The notes under the pieces: generated by a model
Database searches by the model: none
Seen by the model: only the letters and a program-made list of their open reading frames with translations
What the model was told of the DNA's origin: nothing
Made by a program: the position numbers and the translations under genes
Shown: one piece after another, positions 36,801 to 49,215 of the stretch
Layout: each line of letters begins with the position of its first letter
How positions within the stretch are numbered: position 1 is the stretch's first letter
Assembly: GCA_965235115.1 (NCBI GenBank)
Contig: OZ249447.1
Location: forward strand, 9,114,001-9,178,000
Direction of reading: 5' to 3'
DNA from: Laetmonice hystrix
Lineage: Eukaryota
Length of the DNA: 64,000 bases

Positions 36801-39800
36801 TGAGCAACGCCCACCCTGGTGGCCAGCTAACGTTCCATGGGCCAACGTCCGCTCCGATGTTCGCAGTGAAGAACAAAAGCAACAGGTACCAGTCTTTGAG
36901 CAAAGCTTTGAGCCTTGTGTTATCTCTCTCTATCTGTAGGCCCAGCTACGTGCTTTCATCCCAGAGATGCTCAAATACTCAACAGGCCGCAGCAAACCTG
37001 GTTGGGGAAAGCCTGAGTGTCGGCCAATCTGGTGGCCCAACGATGTACCTTGGGCAAATGTCCGCAGTGATGTCCGGTCGGAGGATGAGAAAAAGAAGGT
37101 ATTTGGTGGAAAATGTTTGCAGAGGTGGACTCTCTGCACGTCTGATGTGTTTGTTCACCAGTCTTTGTGGAACCCTTCTTGTGTTTGTTGAATCGTCTTC
37201 AGTTTGATGTGCATCCACCATCAGTTCATTGTCTGCATCCACCTGTCTCTGTATACATGTATACTTATGTAGAATAAGTCCAGACACCATCAGTAGCATC
37301 ACATGCTGGTAGTCGAGTTTTGTTTTAACCAGTGTTTCAATTTGTTTTACACCTGTTTTCCTGTTGCTGTGTATATTGTTTATCCTATGTTTTTTGGCAT
37401 AGATGATGACTCTATTGTCTAGAGTAGCAGTCAGTCTCATCTGTACATGATTCCTTTTGCAACTATGAGTTATTGAGTCAATGAGTTATTATTGTGAGTT
37501 GGCTGCAACACAGTGAACAAATCAGAAAGCAGTGTAAGCCGTTATAACTTATAGACCAACTGGTGTCAATTCTTCTGGAATGGTTATTATAAACCTAGTA
37601 CGTACTTAACGGATGTCATCAGTAATATTGACTTTTAAAAAAGCATGTACTATTTAATGTTACTGACCTCATCTAAAAATTACCTTAGCCCAAGCAAACT
37701 CCACCTTGAAGGTGATGCACTGTGTTCTTCCCACTTTTAAGCCTCCAAATAATTCAGTTTGAGACTTTACTTTTCTCACCAAACAAAGATTAAATCTAAC
37801 AGTTTTCCAGTAGATAATCGTACAATATTAGCAGTAATTGAAGGCCCTATTTGTGCCTATTAACTACCCTACCTGGTAATTTCTAGCCGTAGATATATTG
37901 CAATATATATCGCAACCACAGTTTACTCTTTCCTTTCTAGGTATCTTGGACTCACGCACTCCGCTGCATCGTTAAAAATTGTTACAAACACCATGGACGA
38001 GAAGACCTGCTCCCTGATTTTGATGAAGTTACACTTTCGTCACATGTTCCCGGCCCACAGTATGCCCAGCAGACAATGGTCCAAACAATAAACAATCCAG
38101 ATGGTACTGTGTCCATCATTCAGATAGACACTGGAGATGTCCAAAACCCACAGATGGTCACTTTGGCTGATGGCACACAGGCACAGGTCGTCCACACCGT
38201 TGCTCCAGTAAGTACCGTTTGCAACTGTTTCAGGTAAAATTCAATGATCGATGTATTATTGAATCTGACAGCAATTTTGATATTATTACTGAGGGTAGTG
38301 CCATCACATGCATGATCGGTTTTCTACTATCAAATCTGGCACCAAAAGGACATCATGATATTTTCCATACACAGGGTATTTTGGCCCATGTGTGCACCCC
38401 CCCCCCTTTTTATTAGGGGAAGGAACTTTCCTTTAATATAGGAAAGAAATTGAATATTCCAACCTTTTTCTCTAGCCTATGAAACCTACTTTGTGACTTT
38501 GGTAGTTGCCATCATGTGGATTTGTGTTCTTGAAGTTAAAGACGAAACTGTTCATTCCTTGTGCTAGGGGAAGCAGAATACAAACCTTTCAATACAGAGC
38601 CCTGCTATGTACTGGGCAGTGGCAGGAATCTTTCTTATCCTGAAATAGTGGTAAAAGCAACTGTGCCAGCTTTTCATAATGATAATTTTGGGACTTGAGC
38701 ATGTATCTTTATGCATGAACAAGTGATGCAGGCTCAGTGCAGTCTTCAAGCTATTCTAAGTCCATGGGATGAGAAAAGAACTGGACTGACATTAGCACAT
38801 GTGAACGTTATAATGGTAAACGTGTCTGGTTTCTTCTTACAGACACAAGAGTACTACACACGACATGTAAGTTGCATGTTGTTCAGTTTGTAGTATTGTC
38901 AGTGTAGTGTTTTCCTTGTGTACGTTTTTGTATGTGTTTGTTCCGGCTGTCTCAAAGTCATCTCGAGATCTGAATGGTTGAGAGGCAGTGACATAGGCGG
39001 TTTGTTTCCTTAGATTGTGTTTTTACACGAAGGTGTCCCCTAGAATAAATTCCCTCCTATGAAGACAATTCAGCATGAGCAAGCTGATCTTCCATTCACC
39101 CTACCTTTACCTTTGCAAAGGTTACAAAAAGGTAGTTTTATCACAGAAAAAATCAGAATGCCCTTAATTCAAAAATGCAATTTTTTTTTTAATGTTGAGC
39201 CAGTATAGCAGCACAGAACATGTGGAGAAGGCATTGTCATAATAAGCAGGTTGATGTACTGGCCAGTAGACTGTGAAGTTACTGGCCCTGAATGATCCAT
39301 TGGCCTCAGATTTGGGAGCCTCTGCATGCCTGCTGTATGCACTGAGAGTTGTATGCAGAACTAAAAGTTGGGGTCCAAGAGCATGCGGCATGGCCGGGAT
39401 TGGATAAACAACTGGTCTAATTGTGCCAATGTTTGCAAAAGTAAAGTAAGTGGCCTGTACTGGCCCAACGCCTAAACAAAATAGCTAGGGCCATCAGGCC
39501 AGTGCTAATATCAAGGTCTGCAGAGATTAAAATTGTCTGTATTGTCCAATGTCATGAATGGTAGTGGGAGCGGTTTTTGGAGCATGCTTGTACGGTTTGG
39601 TGAACGCTGTGAAAGTCGGTTGTCAACTGGGTGTGGCCTGGTTTAGTTGTCTTGATAATATCCTTCATCAAAAAAGTACATTTTTCTCTCCCACTCGTGA
39701 TAGTCAGGTTCACGAGGAGCCTTGCAACTAGTAATAGTAATTCAGACAGCTCTCAGTCATTCTACAGAATTATAGGCCTCAGTCAAATATAAAGGTCAAA

Positions 39801-40852
39801 TCCATCTGGCTTTGGTGTTGTAAAATGTGGTTGTGTTTCAGATAAATGGAGTTCACGAAGCCTCCCAGGCAGTACAGACTCTGGCTGAAGTGGCTGCCTC
39901 ACAGCAAGACCTAATAGGACAAGGTAATGTTGCTGTGGAGATCAACAGTGATGCCACTGCCCAGGCTGTTGCAACACTTGCTGAGGCCACAATCAACTCA
40001 GATGGCCAGCTCATCTTAACCTCTGATCCTAATTCATTAGGTGCGTTCACAAATTCACACTTTTAACATTATATTAATATGTAGTATGTAGTTGCACCAG
40101 TAGCACGGAATGCAAAAAGAAACATCTTTTAGGAGGGAATTCACCTTGAAGATAACAGGCACATATTTCATTGGTAGATTATTTTAATGAAGACCTTATC
40201 TTTCATCTAGATCTGTAGTTTCAAACATTTTTAATTTGACTATGAAACTGGTAGACATTTAGATGATGTGACTGTTCTATGCTCCAAAGAATTTGTTAAA
40301 ATCTTAAATTGCACCGGTAGCACTTTTATAAATCAGGCTGATTGGTAATTGTGGTTCTTCACCTTTGGTTCTGATAAAATGAATCGAGTGCTTTGTCTCC
40401 TAAAGTTAAAGTACATTGGACATTGACATTGATGTTGGCATACATAACATAACAGTTGCATGTACCAGAAAGCCATACTGTGCCATCCCTGGTTTGTTAT
40501 GTAAGTTATGGGTGTTTTAAGTTATTGGCTCCTGGTTATTGAAAATGTATAATATATTTTAGGTTGGTATTTCGAGACAGACCCTCCAGATGATAATGTA
40601 CTTTACCATTCTGCCATTTCCACAGGTGGGCAGTTTATTGCAGGTAACGCAGTATCGGGGATGGTGACCATCCCAGTATCAATGTACCAGACCGTCGTCA
40701 CGAGCATAGCACAGCTCCAAGAAAGTCAGCAGCAACAAGCTCAACAAGGAGTACAGATTGCCATGGCCCCTAATTCAGAACCACTGTCTCATAGTGGTGA
40801 GGTTCCAGATGCAACTCATGCTGTGGAGGTAATGACTGTGGAGCAAACATGA
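33845..40852 (+). CDS. NRF1: Nuclear respiratory factor 1 / erect wing / P3A2 transcription factor. Exons 33845-34022 OR 34091-34220; 35125-35239; 35368-35503; 35710-35859; 36727-36885 OR 36940-37098; 37941-38207; optional 38843-38866; 39842-40040; 40626-40852
   Basis: Contains GPIGVAAAAAIATGKKRKRPHSFETNPSIRKRQQTRLLRKLKNTIDEYTTRVGQQAVVL, LPPLVIDGIPTPVDKMTQAQLRAFIP, WWP..VPWANVRSDVR, VSWTHALRCIVKNCYKHHGREDLL and GMVTIPVSMYQTVV, all NRF1/EWG hallmarks. All splice phases are consistent. Confidence 0.97.
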
Positions 40853-42418
40853 CGCTCAGCCAAACGTAGTCAATGATCAAGTTTAACAGACAGGACTGTT
40901 TACCCAAATCTTCACACACTGAACAGATAAATAGTAAAATTCGCTGCAATAACGGTTTCTGTGTGGTGGTAGTGATGACAGCGTCCCTCTATGGATGCGG
41001 AGTTGAGAGTGAAACTTTACAGGCCGAGATGTGATGATCACTGTGATTGTATCCAGGCACAAAGATCATTCCCTGTAGTATGGAGTATTTGTTATTACTA
41101 CCACTACAGCTTCTGATAAATTGTATGGAGCACTTCTATGGTGGTTGTGCTCATGGCAGTATGTTTATTTGTTGTGTAACACCCCGGTTAGAAGAACTTG
41201 TGAAGTTTGTACTGGAAGCCTGTATTAAAAGACAGCCACAGTGATGTATGTGATGGGACAGTGTGTTGGAAACACGATGTGCCAATGGTCTGACTGTGTG
41301 TGTTGTAAGGCGATGATGTGAGTATTCTGATAGGATGTTTACCATGATATCAATGGCCTGACCATTTCATGGGACAGCAGTGATGGTTGCCTTTGCACAG
41401 AATTTGCTGTAAAGTTATAAGATGAGGACTAAACACCATTAGTTGAAAACAAAAATCTTATCAAGACCTGCCAGAATCCGCTTTCACAATATCCGTTATG
41501 TTGCCAGTTAGGTGAAGTCCATGGACAGATGTCAAGACGTTTCTATAACAGACTTAGGAATAACACCAATAAAATCCCATGCCACACTGCCTGCACTCAT
41601 GAACGTACTACCAGTCATGCCCAAGGTGTGAAAATGTTACTCACAAGAACATAGTGATTGATGACTTGTCCTGCCAGTTCTGTTATCCTGCAAATCTAAC
41701 TGAGTGATCTTTTTGTAGTGGAGACATTCGGTTATAAGCCAATGTTGGAAGCACGTACACACTTTACCTGTAGATATTGAATTCCTTGTACTGTTGTGCC
41801 TGTTCAATTATATATAGGTTACCTAACTGAACTCTTGTCCAGTTACACTTGAATTGCAGTTAACTTTTCTCCCATGCCATGATTTGCATAATAATGTAAG
41901 GCATTTACCTTTTAGTAACAACCAAAATTGTCTTTTTTAAGGAAACATTGTGCCTATTATGGTAATTGTGTTTGATACGAGGGTACTACTGTGTACGGAT
42001 CTCTAGAAACATGGCAGATCAAGAACGTAATGGTAGGATTTCACTGTAGCTCAACATGAGGTTTAGGTAATTACACAATGTATAGTGAACGTAAAGGGGC
42101 ACTTTAAGTGAGGACGTTATTGAGGATGAAATATAAGATTGCGGTCAGTTTGTTGGAGGGATTGCTTGTCCTCCATCCAATGTCAACCAGACAAGTGATC
42201 CGCACCGAATGACCTTCCTCCTACTGGAGCAACCCTGCCTCCAGTAACTGACAATACTACAGCCTCCAACTGGACGCTGACTTGATGGTCACAAGGGATG
42301 TCTACTGAACCGTTTCAGGTTTGACACCCTTAGAGACACACAATACTTCTTTATGAATTGGCATTTGGTCCTGGAGTTAACTCGGCAACTTTTGATATGA
42401 GCCGCACAGGATCTCAAA

Positions 42419-42642
42419 AGGCCGCCGCACACGACGAACATTTGTGCGCGAACATTTGTTCCCGAACAAAATTCCGCTCGTGTGCGGTGATCAAAACACC
42501 GAACGAACAATTGTTCGTCGGTATTCAACATGTTAAATACTGACGAACAATTGTTCGCTCGGCGTTTTGATCACCGCACACGAGCGGATTTTTGTTCGGG
42601 GACAAATGTTCGCGCACAAATGTTCGTCGTGTGCGGCGGCCT
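42419..42642. mobile_element. Near-perfect palindromic MITE (PIF/Harbinger-like)
   Basis: AGGCCGCCGCACACGACGAACATTTGTGCGCGAAC... is mirrored by ...GTTCGCGCACAAATGTTCGTCGTGTGCGGCGGCCT over arms of about 105 bp. Flanks are AAA and TTA (degenerate TWA target site). Confidence 0.85.
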
Positions 42643-43496
42643 TTAGACTGTGTTTGGCGGCTCCTTTCAAGCGTGAATGAGGGCTGGAATGCAAATTTTG
42701 TTTTCTGCGAGACATTTATTTATTTTCTGGATGTTTATTATGCTCTGGCGCGAGATTCTCGAAACTGAATGCACTTGTATGCAGTTAAGTTTTTCTGCAC
42801 TTCAAAAATACGGAAATTCAAACAAATTGATGACCGATTAAACTTTGGCAATTTGGTTTTACATGAAGGTAACCTCGAATGTCGTTCACACAAAATTGAA
42901 AAGTTTGTTTTCTTTTCTGGAGTAGAGTCTAGACTGTATTACAGGGACTGACTCAAGGTCACCCCCCCCCCCCCCCAAAAAAAAAAAAAAAAAATGGATC
43001 CAGTTTTATCATTTCCCTTATCAACACCCTAATTTGAGATCACAAAGGTTGGGTCATAACATAAGTTTGCATTCTGAACGCACAGGAAAATGCACCTACA
43101 TTGCGCTGGGACAAAGAGCAGCTGAATTAAGTCCAGAGCATTAAGTCTTTCTAAATATCTTGTCATAGCCGTCAGAATGATCAAAATATTATATCTCTGG
43201 TAGGTGTTATCACACACTGACTCTCTATCTAGATATACATTGTATATTATATTAAATGATATAGTCAAGTTGGTGGAAATACAACTGTTGTACATAGATC
43301 ATGACCGGGATTCTTTCCCCAACAGTCAGAGGAGTCGTTCGACAAATGTACATTGATCTATTGTCGCTGTTTCTGAAGCATTAATTTATAGACAAATATT
43401 GAATTATGACATTTGTATCATAATGTATCTTTTGCCATTAAAGGTCTTCCTTTTCAGTGGTGATCTTCATGTGTTAAATGATTTGTGCTTGAATGT

Positions 43497-46400
43497 CTAC
43501 AGTACTTTGAGCATTACAAAATTCTGTATCTTTCGTGGCAGCGATAACATTGCCAATGAAACATAAAGTCTGCTCCCTGCAGTCTTTCGAAATGCAAGTC
43601 TGGCAAGGTGTTGGAGTGACAAGGTACTGTTCTGAACGGCCTTGATCCCACACAGAAGGTCATGTTTGCCGTGCAGTGCCATAGGGACCCCGTGGCTGTA
43701 CTCTGTGAGTAAATCGTGCCTGATTCCTGAGTCGTACGCATCCCCAGCCAGCCATGTCTCCTTGGCCCAGTCTAGGCCTGAGTGCAGTAAGGTTGTAACC
43801 AACTGTCGGTCGCCAAGACGACACGCCTTATGAAGAACCTACAAATAGAACCAAGGGATACAACTGAAAACTTACTGACGATCTGGTTTGCAGTAAAGGT
43901 TACAGTGGGTACTACACCACTGCAAATTGTCCCGATTTGATTAGATTCTTTCCTAATTTCTAATATGCAGCCGAGTATGTAAACATTAACCTTTCAATGT
44001 ACCATGTATGCTTTGCGGTGGATACATTTAAAAATGTGTGGTGAAGGTTCATTGAATACAAGATATTGCTTGGGTGTAGAACTGAGTTGTGGGGGTGGCC
44101 AACCACTGTCTTGTTCGCGCCGCAGGAATCGCTATGTGACCGTTTTTCGGGGGGGGGGGCGGGCAACCCGAAAGACCCCCCCCCCCCGCCTCTTACCCTT
44201 GAAGCAGTATATAAAAAGATATTTCATGTCCTTGACCTTGTAGGCCGTAGAACGTACCGTAATGCCGTGAGGACCTTCAATATTGGGGTCGGCGCCATAC
44301 TGAAGTAGGAGGGCAGCCATGTCTCCCTTGCCGTGCTCGGTCGCCAACCACAGCGGTGTCTTGTCTTGGCTGATGACGTTGAGATTGGCGCCTCTGGACA
44401 CCAAGGTTTCCAGTGTTCGCTCGAAGTCGTTGGCGTCCCAGTGGGTTGTCACGGCGACATGTAGGGGTGTGATGTTCTCCTCAGGATGGCAGAGGTTTAC
44501 GTCACACCCTGCACAGGCCATATACAGGTATACAATATGTATACACACATGTATATAACTTGCAATTACATCTGGGTTAACTTTTTTTTATACACACTGG
44601 GCCTGGCCTTCCTGTAACATGTATACCCCGACCCTTCAGCTTTGAGACTATATTCGCCATGTAAAGTGAACTTTATGAGTTGCAGGTTTATTGAGGTTGG
44701 TGTAACAACTCCAATAGGCTACTTATTCTGGAGTGCGTTTCTCATCTGTCGGTTTCCCTGTCGTGCGTTAAAATCCCCATTGAAAATACACTGGAGTTAA
44801 CGATACGACAAGCTAACGACATGATGAAAAACACACCCCTGTAGCCTATCAGGCATATCAATACCTTACCATAGACACACAGAGATTGGAATTTCAACGA
44901 AATTCTTTGAAATCATCAGTTGTAATCTTACCACTATCCACCAGGATATCGACCGCGTCTGGGTGATTCATTCGGATGGCAAGGTGAAGGGGACTCTCAT
45001 GAAAGTCATCCAGAGCGTCCACTTTACTCCCTACCAAATGGTATCCAATATTGTAGACGTCTAATCAGATTCTACCGTAGAACATGTGATAGTTCGGATT
45101 TAGGGCTCAGGATCAAGCGTGTTGAATCCAGAATTTGAGCGTCTTTTTTTTTGGGGGGGGGGGGCGGGGGGGATACCCGCGTATGCCCAGTGATAAAGTA
45201 AAGGTAGGAGGGCAAGATATTCTAAAATATTTCCTTGAGAAATTTACCGGCAAAATCGGATACGCCTATTTTCCATTGAATCTTTTTGCGCCCACCCGTT
45301 GATAATTATCGTAATCAACGAGGAGCCTGCCATTCATTTCCACACAAGTTAACGGTATCGCTACTAACGAGGCGTTTAGTAGGCCTAAACCAGGAAGGCA
45401 AATATTCCCATGGACATCAGGTGCATTCGTATAGGCTTGATGAGGATTGAAAGTTAGGCCCCTATACCTGTATCTACCAAGATCCGGCAGAGGCTGGCGT
45501 TGCCGTTCCTTGCTGTGTAGTGAATGGGTAGATGACCTTTATTGTTGGGCATGTTAACGCGTGCGCCAGACGACAACAGTATCCGTACCACCTCGTCGTC
45601 ATTTCTCAAACATGATATACATAAAGGTGTAAAACCTGCAAGAAAGAATTGATACTCGAATAAGGTATGTAGAAATACGCCTATACACAAAATTGTGATG
45701 AGATAGGAAAAAGACGCTTACGCTGGAAAACACCAGAAGATGGTAGATCTAAACGTCTAGTCCTTTTATGGCCTACATTTTCCTTAAAGACCAACTTATT
45801 TGGGGCTTATTTAACCAATTCTCTAGTTTCCTTTTAAAACAGTTGGTGTCCGTAACTTACCATACCGATCCTGGACATTGGTCTTGGCGCCATATTTTAA
45901 AAGTAACTGAACCAATCGAAGGTCACCTCCATCGATGGCCAGAAAGAGTGGAGTTCTCTGCGTCTTGATCCCGGCTACATTGACGTTAGCCTTTGCTGCC
46001 AGAAGACATTCAAGGACTTCATAACTGCCGTTTGACACAGCACAGTGTAGAACAGTGACGCCGCAACTGTTAAAGTAGATGTCCACGTCAGATGTAGGCT
46101 ATATATCCTAAAGAGCAGCCTATAGGATTTTTTTTCAGGGGGTAAAGATAATATATTTTTAGTAGTGGATTTGAAGTAGAGATCGACCCATAGAGGTCTC
46201 ATATGCCTAGGCCTACCACACCATCCCAAAACATTCAATGCTATATAGAAATATAAAAATTCATTCAACTACCACAGTTATGTCTGGAGGGAGTTATAGT
46301 TATCTCAACCCCCTGCCTTGGTTTCGCAGTTTACCTATAGGCCCCCTATTGATAGATATCAGGTCTAGATCAACTTACAAGTCCTGTGCATTGACGTTGG

Positions 46401-47354
46401 CGCCCGCTTTGATTAATAACGCCGCTACCAGATGGCGCCCCTTGCAAGCAGCTATATGCATTGCCGAAAGGCCATCATTGTTCACGTCCATCCAGTCAAG
46501 GTTGGCGCCTATAGATAGAGAAACAGCATGCCGTGTTCTATGCAAATCAACTAGGCCTATATACATATTGTTGTTGGGATGTCTTGAAGACTATAGGCTA
46601 TAGGCCTGGCTATAGGTCCCCTGAAGAAATAGGCTTATAGGCCTAGGCCTATGGCCTACGCGCGGTGCTGATACGTTTATAGCCTATATATATAGGCCTA
46701 TGTATAATATTCACACATCAAGAAACATAGACCTTTAAGTCACTGGACCTACCCGCCGTTATCAGCATCCTAGCAATGTCCAGATGGCCTGTTTCAGCCA
46801 CATACTGCAAGGGCGTCAGGCCATAGAAGTCGGGACGGTTAACATCAGCACCCGACTGCAATTAAAGGGTAACTGGGTATAGAAGGGTCTACAACCAAAC
46901 TGAACTGTCTTTGAACTGTCTTTAAATACAACTTTTAAAACATAAGCCACAAGGCCATAGTCTGTGTGATGCATTAATTTCCTCCCCACGTCTAATTCAT
47001 CATTTCCCGTGCACCCTACATATCATCAAGCAGCAGGTCCTTGGATCTTTATAGAGCATCTTAAAAAGCATACAAATGATATGCCGAAGTGTGGTCCTGG
47101 CTAACCTCTAGCAGCAATTTGGTAACCTCTGTATACCCTAACTGGGCAGCGATACCGAGGCAGGTGTTCCCTGTTGTATCGACTTCATTTAATTCCAGTT
47201 TCGGATTTATTCGCAGCAACTTGCGTATATCCTGTGCTGCCCCCTGGCGAGCCGCGTTGGAGAGACGCTGATGTTCAACGTCCAGTTCATCGAAAACCAC
47301 TTTTCGTTCTTGCCGTGCAACGAATCTCACAGCCATCGACCAGAGAACTGCCAT
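43497..47354 (-). CDS. Ankyrin-repeat and SOCS-box protein (ASB-like). Exons 47354-47106, 46855-46753, 46508-46379, 46066-45861, 45635-45468, 45030-44932, 44508-44258, 43838-43497
   Basis: About 11-12 ankyrin repeats (GLTPLQYVAETGHLDIARMLITAG, GITVLHKACRLGDRQLVTTLLHSG and others) and a C-terminal SOCS box (TLSLQHLARLAFRK...LSLPRKIQNFV). All junctions are phase-consistent. The start codon (47354 or 47336) is uncertain, and the 5' UTR exon probably ends at 49635. Confidence 0.88.
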
Positions 47355-47575
47355 GGACCGAAAGAGCGAGATATTTCTATTCATTTCACAAATCTTGTGC
47401 ATAGTAGACAATATTCTTAACACATGTAAGGTATAGGGCCTAGGCCTAGGCTTATATGTGGCTGTAATTATAAGGGCCAATTCAAGTTTTATTCTCTATG
47501 GGATTTTTTTTTTAGACTCCTCCGCTGAAGCACGTGCTTCCCGAGCAGGAGCACGTGCTTCCCGAGCAGGAACAC

Positions 47576-48295
47576 GTGTACGTTGGCCCAACGTTGGCAT
47601 TTGGTCGGCACTGTCGCCACCGTCGCGGTTGGAAAATATACGTTGGCCCAACGTTGGCAGTTAGTAATCACTATTGCCATGCTGTCCGGCTGGAAAGAAT
47701 TAGGCCTACGTTGGCCCCACGTCGGTATATAGTCGGTACTATCGGCACTCTCTTTGTTGAAACCCGGTTGAAAAACCCACGTTGGCCCATCGTTGGAATT
47801 TAGTCGGCACTGTCGCCACCTCTTGGTTGGAACCCGGTTGGAACACCCATGTTGGCCCAATGTTGTCATTTAGTCGGTACTATAACCATCCTCTTTGGTG
47901 AAACCCGGTTGGAACACCCGCGTTGGCCCAATGTTGGCATTTAGTCGGTACTATCGCAACCCTCTTTGTTGAAACCCGGTTGGAACACCTACGTTGGCCT
48001 AACGTTGGAATTTAGTCGTCACTGTTGCCACCTCTTTGTTGAAACCCGGATGGAACACCCACGTTGGCCCAATGTTGGCATTTAGTCAGTTGTGTTCACA
48101 CCTTCTCTGTTGGAACCCCGTTGGAACACCCATGTTGGGCCAATGTTGGTATTTAGTTGGTACTATCGCCACCCTCTTTGTTGGAACCCGGTTGGAACAC
48201 CCACGTTGGCCCAATGTTGGCATTAAGTCAGTACTATTGCCACCCTCTTTGTTGGAACCCAGTTGGAACACCAATGTTGGCCCAACGTTGGAATT
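47576..48295. repeat. Tandem array of about 71-bp units (about 10 copies) rich in the CCAACGTTGG palindrome
   Basis: AACCC(G)GTTGGAACAC anchors at 47761, 47831, 47902, 47973, 48043, 48114, 48185 and 48256. Confidence 0.9.
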
Positions 48296-48696
48296 CTTCT
48301 CTACCTAGCAGGCGCTATAGGTGGTGCTGTTATCAGTGAGATTGATTAGACTGTCTCAAATACAGTCCAGGTTAGCTTTTAGCGACTTTAAGTCATTCGC
48401 GCATAATACAAGAACAGCTATTCATTGTGTAAAATTATGCTTTATTTGTTCTTTGATTGTGAAAAGAACAAGATAGGGACGTAGAGATTATATTTTGTTT
48501 TTAAACAACCCAATATAGAAAACACCAATTTGGATTTCCGACGGGTAACATAGTGAGGACAGGGCTTGGGTGTACGCATCAGTGCTAAAACTGGCACAGG
48601 AGATAATATAGCGTACCCACGCAATGGTTCTGCCTGAGCTAGTATTTTATTTGGAGTCTATTTAAATTGGCTCCGGCTGGAGTGCCCTTGTGGGAA

Positions 48697-49215
48697 CCCA
48701 GCAAGGTCGTGCCAAACGTTGTCCCAACTGGTGGCCCAACGTGGGCCCAATAAGCAAAATGTCGTTGGTCCAACGTCAGGCATCTGACGTTGGCCCAGCG
48801 TTGGTATTAGACGTTGGCTCAACGTTTGTAAACACGTTGGCCCAACTGGTGGCCCAACGTGGGCCCAATGAGCAAACTGTCGTTTGTCCAACGTCGGGCA
48901 TCTGACATTGGCTCAACGTTTGTAAGCACGTTGGTCTGACATTGAGCCAATGGCCTGTTTTAACGTTCACCCAACTGGTGGCCCAACATGGGCCCAATGA
49001 GCAAAATGTCGTTGGTTCAGCGTCGGGCATCTGACGTTGGCTCAACGTTTGTAAGCACATTTGTCTGACGTTGGGCCAATGGGCTGGTTCAACGTTGGCC
49101 CAACTGGCGCACCAACGTGGGCCCGATGAGCAAACTGACTTTGGTCCAACGTTGCCATCTGACATTGGCCCAACGTAGCTACTGACGTTGGCCCAAAGTT
49201 GTACCAACGTTTGCG
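48697..49215. repeat. Tandem array of about 120-130-bp units (about 4 copies), AACGTT-rich, probably transposon-derived
   Basis: CCAACTGG(T/C)G anchors at 48724, 48842, 48971 and 49100. Confidence 0.8.

Noticed and set aside
36727-37098. Assembly artefact or whole-gene duplication as the explanation for the twin NRF1 exons
   Set aside because: The copies differ at many synonymous and non-synonymous sites, and the neighbouring exons (35125-35859, 37941 onward) are single copy.
42289-42715. Mirror-image ORFs on both strands (KAAAHDEHLCANIC)
   Set aside because: They are a product of the palindromic MITE.
47576-49215. CRISPR-like palindromic repeats, or coding ORFs 47489-49207
   Set aside because: Sequence between the palindromes is itself repeated. 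The ORFs on both strands are translations of the repeat.
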